This document shows positions 32,734 to 40,378 of a stretch of DNA of 56,321 nucleotides, piece after piece. The stretch comes from Eubacteriales bacterium (GTDB lineage: Bacteria; Bacillota; Clostridia; Oscillospirales; CAG-272). Location: assembly GCA_045652135.1 (NCBI GenBank), contig JAZRTS010000163.1:1-56321 (forward strand), in the 5' to 3' direction. The notes beneath the pieces were generated by a model. That model did not search any database and was not told the DNA's origin. It saw only the letters and a list, made by a program, of their open reading frames with translations. Position numbers and translations under genes: made by a program. Positions within the stretch are counted from its first letter, which is position 1; each line of letters begins with the position of its first letter.

Positions 32734-33282
32734 TCATTTCACTCTCCCCATATACACCCCACCATTCTCACTCAACCACTTATGCCACTTCTTATACTCA
32801 GGGAACACCTTTTCAATCTCGGCATAGAACTGCGGTGAATGATTCATATGCTTCCTGTGGCAGAGTTCGTGCACAACAACGCTGTCGATAACCTCAACCG
32901 GAAACAGTGCCAACAGGCAATTAAAGTTTAAGTTCCCCTTTGACGAACAACTGCCCCAACGGGTACGCTGACAACGGATAGTGATCCTGTTATATGTAAC
33001 GCCGATTTTCGGAGCGTAATATCTCACACGATCAGGAATGATGGCTTTTGCTTTTTCGGCAAGGGCGTTTATTTCTTCCTGCGTGAAAGGGAGAACCTCG
33101 CTGATTGCTTTTTCATGTTTCTCTATCTTGGCAAGATTCTTTTCAATCCACGACTTTTTGGAGTCAATGAAGTTGTAGATCTCTTTATCCTTCATACGCA
33201 AAGGTGCACGGGCGATGATTTCACCGGGCTTGAGCTGAATTGATAAAGTTTTTCTGTTGCTTCGAATAATAGTAACCTTCAT
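32734..33282 (-). CDS. YgjP-like (DUF45/M48-related) metal-dependent hydrolase
   Basis: HELCHRKHMNHSPQF zinc-binding HExxH block near the C-terminus. GGAGG RBS. Confidence 0.75.
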   Translation of the reverse strand: MKVTIIRSNRKTLSIQLKPGEIIARAPLRMKDKEIYNFIDSKKSWIEKNLAKIEKHEKAISEVLPFTQEEINALAEKAKAIIPDRVRYYAPKIGVTYNRITIRCQRTRWGSCSSKGNLNFNCLLALFPVEVIDSVVVHELCHRKHMNHSPQFYAEIEKVFPEYKKWHKWLSENGGVYMGRVK

Positions 33283-33296
33283 ATTTTGTCCTCCGT

Positions 33297-33467
33297 TTAT
33301 GATTTACCGATAAGGCACAGCACCCAACCGATAATTGCCAACACAATCAAAGCAGTAGCACAGCCTGAGTTACCGCTACCGCCATTAACAGAATTATTAT
33401 TTCTTCCTCCAGAGCTGCTTCCTCCGCTGGTCATCTTAAAAGCATAAAAATCGTTAAGGTCAGGCAT
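33297..33467 (-). CDS. Small Gly/Ser/Asn-rich tail-anchored membrane peptide (56 aa)
   Basis: The ATG at 33467 lies 9 nt after GGAGG. A low-complexity GGSSSGGRNNNSVNGGSGNSG stretch precedes a single C-terminal TM helix. The stop lies 14 nt upstream of the DUF45 gene start. Confidence 0.5.
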   Translation of the reverse strand: MPDLNDFYAFKMTSGGSSSGGRNNNSVNGGSGNSGCATALIVLAIIGWVLCLIGKS

Positions 33468-33676
33468 AATAGCAGCCTCCGTATCTGTTCTGTTGCACAC
33501 ATTATACTCCTAAAGTCGCTACGAATGCAATAGCCGATCACCCTTATGTGAATTTCAGTCCGTATAAACGGACAACACGCTCGACCCCTATTGCAATTCG
33601 TTTTTTGCCGTTATACAATCAAACCATAGTAAAAATCAAATGACAGAAATACAAAAGAAAACAAGGAGGAAAACAT

Positions 33677-33991
33677 ATGGGTAAAGACGGTTACAGCAGA
33701 CGAGGCTTCTTCGGCGACATAATTCACTATGACGCCAAAGGCAACAAAGTTGGCGAAAGCAGACCTAGTCTTTTCGGAGGCTACACAAACTACGATGCCA
33801 AAGGCAATAAGGTAGGACGCTCTTACCCTGGATTCTTCGGCGGACAGAATCATTATGACAACAACGGACATAAAACTGGTCATTCCGAGCCGGGTCTCTT
33901 TGGTGGCTTCAATCACTATAACAGCGATGGAGATAAGGTTGGTCATAGTGATCCCGGTTGGTTTGGGGATTTTAATCATTATAAAAAATAA
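33677..33991 (+). CDS. Tandem 21-aa repeat protein (YD-like repeats), 104 aa, no signal peptide
   Basis: AAGGAGG lies 8 nt upstream of the ATG. There are four full repeats and one partial repeat of S-x-P-G-x-F-G-G-x-x-H-Y-D-x-x-G-x-K-x-G-x, and a terminator follows directly. Confidence 0.75.
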   Translation: MGKDGYSRRGFFGDIIHYDAKGNKVGESRPSLFGGYTNYDAKGNKVGRSYPGFFGGQNHYDNNGHKTGHSEPGLFGGFNHYNSDGDKVGHSDPGWFGDFNHYKK

Positions 33992-33997
33992 GTGTAT

Positions 33998-34022
33998 AGC
34001 CGTCACCTTTGTGGCGGTTTTT
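33998..34022 (+). terminator. Intrinsic terminator of the repeat-protein gene
   Basis: Stem agccgtcac/gtggcggtt (with G-U pairs) followed by TTTTT. Confidence 0.65.
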
Positions 34023-34115
34023 ATATAAGCAAGGCTATGAATTACTAACTTGAAAATTTTATAATTATATTACGTAAGCTGAAATTATACAATAATTGAA
34101 AAAATGAAAAAACAG

Positions 34116-34148
34116 CGCAAAAAACCGCCCTCGTTACGAAGGCGGTTT
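34116..34148 (-). terminator. Strong intrinsic terminator downstream of lysS
   Basis: aaaccgcc...ggcggttt stem with an inner tcg/cga extension and a U-run on the minus strand. Confidence 0.75.
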
Positions 34149-34229
34149 CTGTATTATTCCGGAAAAATTGGGGTAAAATTGGGGTATTTTTGAGTACCCG
34201 TGCCCCGAAAACCCTTTATTTATAAGGGA

Positions 34230-35738
34230 TTATTTGTCAAGTGACTTCATTGTGGGGAAGAGGAGAACATCTCTGATTGCAGCTGAGTCAGTAAGAAGCA
34301 TAACCATTCTGTCGATACCGAAGCCGATACCGCCGGTGGGAGCCATGCCGTACTCGAGTGCAGTCATGAAATCCTCGTCAGTTGTGTTTGCTTCTTCGTC
34401 GCCCTGCTTGAGAAGCTCTTCCTGTGCCTTGAAGCGCTCTCTCTGATCAATGGGGTCGTTGAGCTCGGAGTAAGCGTTTGCCATTTCCCAGCCGTTCATG
34501 AAGAACTCGAAGCGCTCAACGTAGTCGGGATTTTCAGGCTTACGCTTTGTAAGAGGTGAAATCTCAACGGGGTGGTCCATAAGGAAGGTGGGCTGAATAA
34601 GGTGGTGCTCAACAAACTCTTCAAAGAAGAGGTTGAGGATGTCACCCTTCTTGTGTCTTGCTTCAAATTCAACGCCCTTTTCCTTTGCAAGAGCCTTTGC
34701 TTCGTCGTCAGTTTTGATTTCGTTGAAATCAATGCCTGTGTACTTCTTGACAGCATCAAGCATGGTGATACGCTCGAAGGGCTTACCGAGATCCATTTCA
34801 ACGCCGTTGTAAACAATTTTTGTTGTGCCGAGAACAGCCTGTGCAACATGGCGATAAAGATTCTCTGTAAGATCCATCATGCCGTGATAGTCGGTGTAAG
34901 CCTGATAAAGCTCCATAAGTGTGAACTCGGGGTTGTGACGGGTGTCAAGACCCTCGTTACGGAAAACTCTGCCGATTTCATAAACTCTTTCAAGACCGCC
35001 TACGATAAGTCTCTTAAGATAAAGCTCAAGAGAAATGCGGAGCTTGAAATCCTCGTCAAGTGCGTTGAAGTGAGTTTCAAAGGGACGTGCAGCTGCACCG
35101 CCTGCGTTTGAAACGAGCATGGGAGTTTCAACCTCAAGGAAGCCCTCACCGTCAAGGTACTTTCTTACCTCGCGGATGATTCTTGAACGGTTGATGAGAG
35201 TCTGCTTTGACTCCTGGTTCATGATAAGGTCAACATAACGCTGACGGTATCTTGTGTCGGTATTTGTAAGTCCGTGGAACTTTTCGGGAAGGGGAAGAAG
35301 TGACTTTGTGAGAAGCTCAATCTTTTCTGCGTGGATTGAGATTTCGCCTGTCTTTGTCTTGAATACAACGCCCTCGATACCGATGATGTCACCGATGTCG
35401 AGCTTCTTGAAGCCCTTGTATTCTTCTTCGCCGAGGCTGTCACGGGCAACGTAAGACTGAATGTTGCCCTTAAGGTCCTGTATGTTGCAGAAGGAGGCCT
35501 TACCCATGATACGTTTTGACATCATACGGCCTGCAACACGGACTGTTTTACCCTCGAGCTCTTCAAAGCTTTCCTTGATTACTGCGCTGTGGTGTGTCTG
35601 GTCGTATTTTGTAATAACAAAGGGATCCTTGCCTGCCTGCTGAAGAGCTTCAAGCTTGTCAACCCTTACCTGTCTTAATTCGTTAACGTCCTGTACGGCT
35701 TCTTCCTGGGGAAGATTTGCATTTTTTTCCTGTGCCAT
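34230..35738 (-). CDS. lysS: Lysine--tRNA ligase (class II)
   Basis: About 500 aa with an OB-fold N-domain and class II motifs (FRNEGLDTRHNPEFT, GGIGFGIDR). The ATG at 35738 lies 9 nt after GAAAGG. Confidence 0.9.
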   Translation of the reverse strand: MAQEKNANLPQEEAVQDVNELRQVRVDKLEALQQAGKDPFVITKYDQTHHSAVIKESFEELEGKTVRVAGRMMSKRIMGKASFCNIQDLKGNIQSYVARDSLGEEEYKGFKKLDIGDIIGIEGVVFKTKTGEISIHAEKIELLTKSLLPLPEKFHGLTNTDTRYRQRYVDLIMNQESKQTLINRSRIIREVRKYLDGEGFLEVETPMLVSNAGGAAARPFETHFNALDEDFKLRISLELYLKRLIVGGLERVYEIGRVFRNEGLDTRHNPEFTLMELYQAYTDYHGMMDLTENLYRHVAQAVLGTTKIVYNGVEMDLGKPFERITMLDAVKKYTGIDFNEIKTDDEAKALAKEKGVEFEARHKKGDILNLFFEEFVEHHLIQPTFLMDHPVEISPLTKRKPENPDYVERFEFFMNGWEMANAYSELNDPIDQRERFKAQEELLKQGDEEANTTDEDFMTALEYGMAPTGGIGFGIDRMVMLLTDSAAIRDVLLFPTMKSLDK

Positions 35739-35768
35739 TTTTTTCATCCTTTCGGGATTGAAGTGAAT

Positions 35769-36251
35769 TTATTTTGTGATTTCGATGATTTCGTACTTGA
35801 TAATGCCCATGGGAGCCTCAACATCAACAACATCGCCAACCTTGTGGCCGATGATTGCCTTTGCTACGGGAGATTCGTCACTTGTAAGGTAGTCAGTACC
35901 CTTATCCTTTGAGGTTGAGGATGAGGAGATAATCTGATACTTGTAAACATCACCGTATTCGATGTCCTTGATTGTTACCTTTGAGCCCATCTGGATAACG
36001 TCGGTGCTGAGTGCATCCTCGTCAATGATTTTTGCAGTTGCAAGAGTTTCTTCAATTTCCTTGATGCGTGCTTCAAGCTTTGCCTGATCGTTTCTTGCTT
36101 CGTCGTATTCGCTGTTTTCGGACAAGTCACCGAAGGAAAGTGCTACCTGGATTTTCTCCTTGATTTCCTGACGGCCTTTAACCTTCAGTTCCTCAAGTTC
36201 CTCTTCAAGTTCTTTAAAACCGGCGCTGGTAAGAAGTTTTTCCTGTGCCAT
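35769..36251 (-). CDS. greA: Transcription elongation factor GreA
   Basis: 160 aa. The coiled-coil N-domain carries DLSENSEYD, followed by a C-terminal FKBP-like domain. Confidence 0.9.
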   Translation of the reverse strand: MAQEKLLTSAGFKELEEELEELKVKGRQEIKEKIQVALSFGDLSENSEYDEARNDQAKLEARIKEIEETLATAKIIDEDALSTDVIQMGSKVTIKDIEYGDVYKYQIISSSSTSKDKGTDYLTSDESPVAKAIIGHKVGDVVDVEAPMGIIKYEIIEITK

Positions 36252-36301
36252 TATATTTCATCCTTTCGCATATAGATTTATATATAAACTATCAGTTTAA
36301 T

Positions 36302-36330
36302 ATTATATAAAATAATAGGCAAAGTGTCAA
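36302..36330 (-). promoter_or_regulatory. Consensus sigma-A promoter for greA-lysS
   Basis: On the minus strand TTGACA (36330-36325), 17-nt spacer, TATAAT (36307-36302). Confidence 0.7.
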
Positions 36331-36418
36331 GTGAAAAAGGAATAAATTTAGCCCGCTGCAGGCAGGCTTTTGTGAATTTTGTCCCTTTTCGGCTCATATA
36401 CTCCCCCGAGGTGATTTT

Positions 36419-37012
36419 ATGAAAAAAGTAATTACCCTTTTTGCCGCACTTATTTGTGTGTGCAGTCTTTCCGCCTGTACTCCTGCCGGCAGCTCAAACC
36501 TTCTGCTTTTTACCGAAAAGCTAAACGCCGTCAGCGATGAAAAAATAAGCCTTACGGATTTTGTCACAGACGGCAGCAGCTACAGAACAGTTTTCAGCAG
36601 AGGGAACACAGAGCTCCTTCTTACCGCGGAGACAAACGAGAAAAACGAAATAAAAAAGATGCGCCTTACAATCAGCAAAATTGATGAAACGGGCAGCTAT
36701 AAATCTCCCACCGACGCCGAGGCGGATTTTTTCCGTCAAAAGGCAACGCTGATGCTTACCGCATTCACCCTTTTTGAAAAAGAAAAAAGCACCGCAATAA
36801 CAGAAAAAATCCTGCCCTCAAAAGGTGAAGACCTTTTAAGAACAGGAGAGCTCACTACGGACACGGACAATTTTCACATTGTCTATTATTCAAACAGAAT
36901 CTGCTGTCAGTTTACCGTCACAAACACCTTCCTTGAAAAAACAGAAATCACCGAGAAGCCCGTAAGCAGACCTCTTTATGAGGTGACGGCAAATGTAATC
37001 AGCGAGGATTAG
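36419..37012 (+). CDS. Hypothetical lipoprotein
   Basis: Lipobox SLSA-C and a GAGGTG RBS. No recognisable domain. Confidence 0.65.
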   Translation: MKKVITLFAALICVCSLSACTPAGSSNLLLFTEKLNAVSDEKISLTDFVTDGSSYRTVFSRGNTELLLTAETNEKNEIKKMRLTISKIDETGSYKSPTDAEADFFRQKATLMLTAFTLFEKEKSTAITEKILPSKGEDLLRTGELTTDTDNFHIVYYSNRICCQFTVTNTFLEKTEITEKPVSRPLYEVTANVISED

Positions 37013-38046
37013 TCTCTGAAATTATAGGCACTTTCCTTTACGCGGAAGGAATAGCCGTTATCCTCAAGCTTTTTCATGTTTTTGAGAATGAAGCCTGCAC
37101 CCTTTGCACCGCAATGCTCCGGGTCAGCGGCAACAGTAACCCTTATGCCGAGCTTTTGTGAAAGGAACTTATCAATGCCGTAAAGCTTTGCACCACCGCC
37201 GGCAATTATTATGCCCTCATTACATATATCCGAATAAAGCTCGGGAGGAGTCTGGTCGAGAACCTCCATCACACCGTCAAAAATAGCTTTCACATCATCC
37301 TCAAGTGCCTCGCAGACATCCCTTGAGCTGATGTTGAAATTCTTCGGCATACCTGTCACAAAGTCCTTGCCTGTACAGATGATTTCGAATTCCTCTTCTC
37401 TTTTAACGGCACAGCCGATGGCATGCTTGATTTTTCTGCCTGTCTGCTTGCCGATGTGAATGTTCATGTTCTTTTTAACAAAGCGGCACACCGATTCGTC
37501 CATGGTGTCACCGGAAACCCTTCTCAATGAAGCGGCATAAGCCACAGTGCCCATAGTTATAACGGCAATATCCGTTGTACCCGCACCGATGTCAACAACC
37601 ATCACACCGCGGGGGTGGTCAATGGAAAGACCTGCTCCGAGAGCAGCAACAACAGGCTCATCAACAAGGTGAACCTTACCTGCACCTGCGGCACAGGCGG
37701 CTTCAATAACCGTCTTTTTTTCAAGCTGAGTGCTGCAGCTGGGGGCACTTATAAGCACATTGGGTCTGAAGATGCTGTTTTTACATATCCTCATAATAAA
37801 ATGGGAAAGAATCTCCGACATCACGGTGAAATCGGAAATGACACCGCCGGAAATCGGTCTTTTCAGCACATAGCTGTCGGGAGCCTTGCCGAACATTCTT
37901 CCCGCATCGTCTCCGATTGCAACAAGCTCATCACTTCTTGCATCATAGCAGATTGAATTATCCTCACAAAGCACAATACCTCTGCCGCTGACAAAGGCTG
38001 TAACCGTGCTTGTGCCAAGGTCAATACCGATGTTGTAGCCTGCCAT
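37009..38046 (-). CDS. MreB/Mbl-family actin-like protein (divergent paralogue)
   Basis: IGIDLGTS phosphate-1, VVDIGAGTTD phosphate-2 and the overall MreB length. The sequence is noticeably divergent from canonical MreB. Confidence 0.75.
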   Translation of the reverse strand: MAGYNIGIDLGTSTVTAFVSGRGIVLCEDNSICYDARSDELVAIGDDAGRMFGKAPDSYVLKRPISGGVISDFTVMSEILSHFIMRICKNSIFRPNVLISAPSCSTQLEKKTVIEAACAAGAGKVHLVDEPVVAALGAGLSIDHPRGVMVVDIGAGTTDIAVITMGTVAYAASLRRVSGDTMDESVCRFVKKNMNIHIGKQTGRKIKHAIGCAVKREEEFEIICTGKDFVTGMPKNFNISSRDVCEALEDDVKAIFDGVMEVLDQTPPELYSDICNEGIIIAGGGAKLYGIDKFLSQKLGIRVTVAADPEHCGAKGAGFILKNMKKLEDNGYSFRVKESAYNFRD

Positions 38047-38115
38047 TTTTTCACCTTCCCTTCATTTTTTACCGTACGTTTTATTTTACTTTGTTTTTAC
38101 GCTTTTGTCAACGGG

Positions 38116-40308
38116 TCAATCCTTCAAAAGCATATATCTGAGTGCGGAATAACGGCGTGTTTTTTTATCGTTATCCACCATGGAAAAAATTTCCTGCTGA
38201 TTGCCGAGAAGAATCAGTCTTGCCTTTGCCCTTGTAACCGCCGTGTAAAGAAGATTGCGGTAGCAAAGCCTCGGCGGAACCGCGCACACGGGCATGACAA
38301 CACTTTCGAACTCACTGCCCTGACTTTTGTGCACGGTGATTGCATAAGCAAGCTCAAGCTCATTTGCGCTGTCGAAGGGATAAATTGCAGTTCTTGTATC
38401 AAAAAGGATTTTCATAAAGCCCGCATTGTGGTTGACGGAAATTATTCTTCCGATGTCACCGTTATATACGCCTGCCATGGTTTCCTTGCCCCTTGTCCAG
38501 ACAATGTCATAATTGTTTTTAATCTGCATAACCTTGTCCCCCTCACGGAAAACACGGCTTGCACGCACAAGCTCCTCCTTATCCCTTGAAGGAGGATTAA
38601 GCACCTTCTGCATCATTTCGTTTATTCTCACCGTACCCGTTTCTCCCATTTTTGAGGGACAGATAATCTGTATATCCTCAAAGGAGTCGTAGCCGTAAGC
38701 CTTCGGCAGTCTGTTTGTGCAAAGGTCAACCACCGTTTCGGCACAGTTATACATGTTGCTTCTCTGCATAAAGAAGCAATCCTTATCCTTGACGGAAAGC
38801 TCAGGGTATTCTCCCCTTACAATTTTGTGGGCATTGGTTACAATCAGGCTTTCAAGGCTCTGTCTGAAAACCTCCGTAAGAGCAACCGTGGGAATAAGAC
38901 CCGAGGAGATTATATCCTGTAATACATTTCCCGCACCTACGGGCGGAAGCTGGTCAGAGTCTCCCACCATTACAAGCCTGCAATTAAGGGGAAGTGCATC
39001 AAGCAGTGCGGCAAAAACGTGCACATCAACCATAGAAAGCTCGTCTACTATCACCGCATCTGCATCAAGGGGATTTTCCATGTTTCTTGTAAAGCGCTGT
39101 CTGTCGCCCTCACCCCACTCAACCTCAAGCAGACGGTGAATTGTTTTTGCCTGTCTGCCTGTAACCTCACTCATTCTCATAGCGGCTCTTCCTGTGGGTG
39201 CGGCAAGAAGCACACGGAGCTTTTTCTTTTCAAAAAGCTCAAGAATACCGTTGAGAGTTGTGGTTTTACCTGTACCGGGGCCGCCCGTCAGCACAAGCAG
39301 ACCGTCATTGACGGCGGTAAGGATTGCCTTGCGCTGCTTTTCCTCAAAAGAAATGCCCTTTTTCTTTTCTATTTCATCAATTGCACTTTCGCTGATTCTT
39401 CCCTTTGCGGGCGGAAAGCGGAGCATAACCTTAATTCTGTCAGCAATGCTCTTTTCGTCAATATATTCCTCAGTCAGAAAGATGTAGGGCTTATCGTCAA
39501 AAAAGTCCTGCACAATCTCTCTGTCTTCAATAAGGTCGTCTATTATTTCATTAGTTCCGTCGCGGTCTGTACCGATAAGCTCCTCAGAGGGTATGATAAG
39601 CTTTTCTCTGGGCACACAGGTGTGTCCGTTGTTGAGGTTATGCCTTAAAATATGTAATATACCCGCGCGCTGACGGTAAATATCCTTGACCCTTGTCGGA
39701 AAGGCTGCTGCAATTTCATCAACACGTTCAAAGCGAAGCCCTGTTTTTTCACCGCAGAGAATGTACGGATTTTCGTTTATTCTTTCAACCGCGGAGCTTC
39801 CGAAGGCTTTATAGGCAGCAAGGGATTCCGAGGGAGAAAGACCCCACCTTTCCAGGGCAATAATAACCTCCCTTGCGGCGAACTGACTTTTGAAGCTTTT
39901 GCTTATTTCAAGCGCCTTTTCCCTTGTAATGCCCCTTATCTGACTGAGCCTTTCCGGGTGATGCTCAATAACCTCAAAGCTTTCCTCGCCAAAGCGCTCA
40001 ACAATTTTGTTTGCAGTTGCAGGGCCTATGCCCTTTATTGCTCCGCCCGAAAGGTAGCGGTACATATCGGCGGCAGATTCAGGCATACTGCGCTCACATT
40101 TTTCAACGGCAAACTGAGTGCCGAAGGTGGGATGCTTCTTCCACCTGCCGTGAATTTTAAGCTTTTCACCGGGCGCACAGGAGGGCATAATGCCCACAGC
40201 CGTAATAAGACTTTCGTCGGTACTGATTGTCACAACGGTATATCCGTTTTCCGCATTGGAATACACTATATCCTCAACAGTTCCTTCAATCACAAGCAGC
40301 TCGGACAT
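38116..40308 (-). CDS. recD2: RecD2-type SF1B ATP-dependent DNA helicase
   Basis: 730 aa with Walker A GGPGTGKT, Walker B VDELSM, an N-terminal HhH region and a C-terminal YAITVHKSQGSE block. Confidence 0.85.
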   Translation of the reverse strand: MSELLVIEGTVEDIVYSNAENGYTVVTISTDESLITAVGIMPSCAPGEKLKIHGRWKKHPTFGTQFAVEKCERSMPESAADMYRYLSGGAIKGIGPATANKIVERFGEESFEVIEHHPERLSQIRGITREKALEISKSFKSQFAAREVIIALERWGLSPSESLAAYKAFGSSAVERINENPYILCGEKTGLRFERVDEIAAAFPTRVKDIYRQRAGILHILRHNLNNGHTCVPREKLIIPSEELIGTDRDGTNEIIDDLIEDREIVQDFFDDKPYIFLTEEYIDEKSIADRIKVMLRFPPAKGRISESAIDEIEKKKGISFEEKQRKAILTAVNDGLLVLTGGPGTGKTTTLNGILELFEKKKLRVLLAAPTGRAAMRMSEVTGRQAKTIHRLLEVEWGEGDRQRFTRNMENPLDADAVIVDELSMVDVHVFAALLDALPLNCRLVMVGDSDQLPPVGAGNVLQDIISSGLIPTVALTEVFRQSLESLIVTNAHKIVRGEYPELSVKDKDCFFMQRSNMYNCAETVVDLCTNRLPKAYGYDSFEDIQIICPSKMGETGTVRINEMMQKVLNPPSRDKEELVRASRVFREGDKVMQIKNNYDIVWTRGKETMAGVYNGDIGRIISVNHNAGFMKILFDTRTAIYPFDSANELELAYAITVHKSQGSEFESVVMPVCAVPPRLCYRNLLYTAVTRAKARLILLGNQQEIFSMVDNDKKTRRYSALRYMLLKD

Positions 40309-40340
40309 TTTATCCCTCCTTTTCTTAAATCTGACTATTG

Positions 40341-40369
40341 ATTATACTATAAATCTGCCCGATTTTCAA
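40341..40369 (-). promoter_or_regulatory. Sigma-A promoter for recD2
   Basis: On the minus strand TTGAAA (40369-40364), 17-nt spacer, TATAAT (40346-40341). Confidence 0.65.
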
Positions 40370-40378
40370 TTATAACGG

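Noticed and set aside
33297-33606. Whether the small hydrophobic-tail peptide plus the opposite-strand terminator-like hairpin form a type I toxin-antitoxin pair.
   Set aside because: I could not find a plausible plus-strand promoter that would produce an antisense RNA ending at the 33601-33606 T-tract. The peptide is also mostly Gly/Ser/Asn low-complexity rather than a compact hydrophobic toxin.
33611-34006. 131-aa minus-strand ORF opposite the 21-aa-repeat gene.
   Set aside because: It has no RBS and is the antisense shadow of a periodic repeat. The plus-strand ORF has AAGGAGG at ideal spacing, an exact 21-aa period and its own terminator.
35748-35768. Possible T-box or other leader upstream of lysS.
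   Set aside because: Only 21-30 nt separate the greA stop from the lysS start, which is too short for a T-box riboswitch. lysS is evidently co-transcribed with greA from the promoter at 36302-36330.
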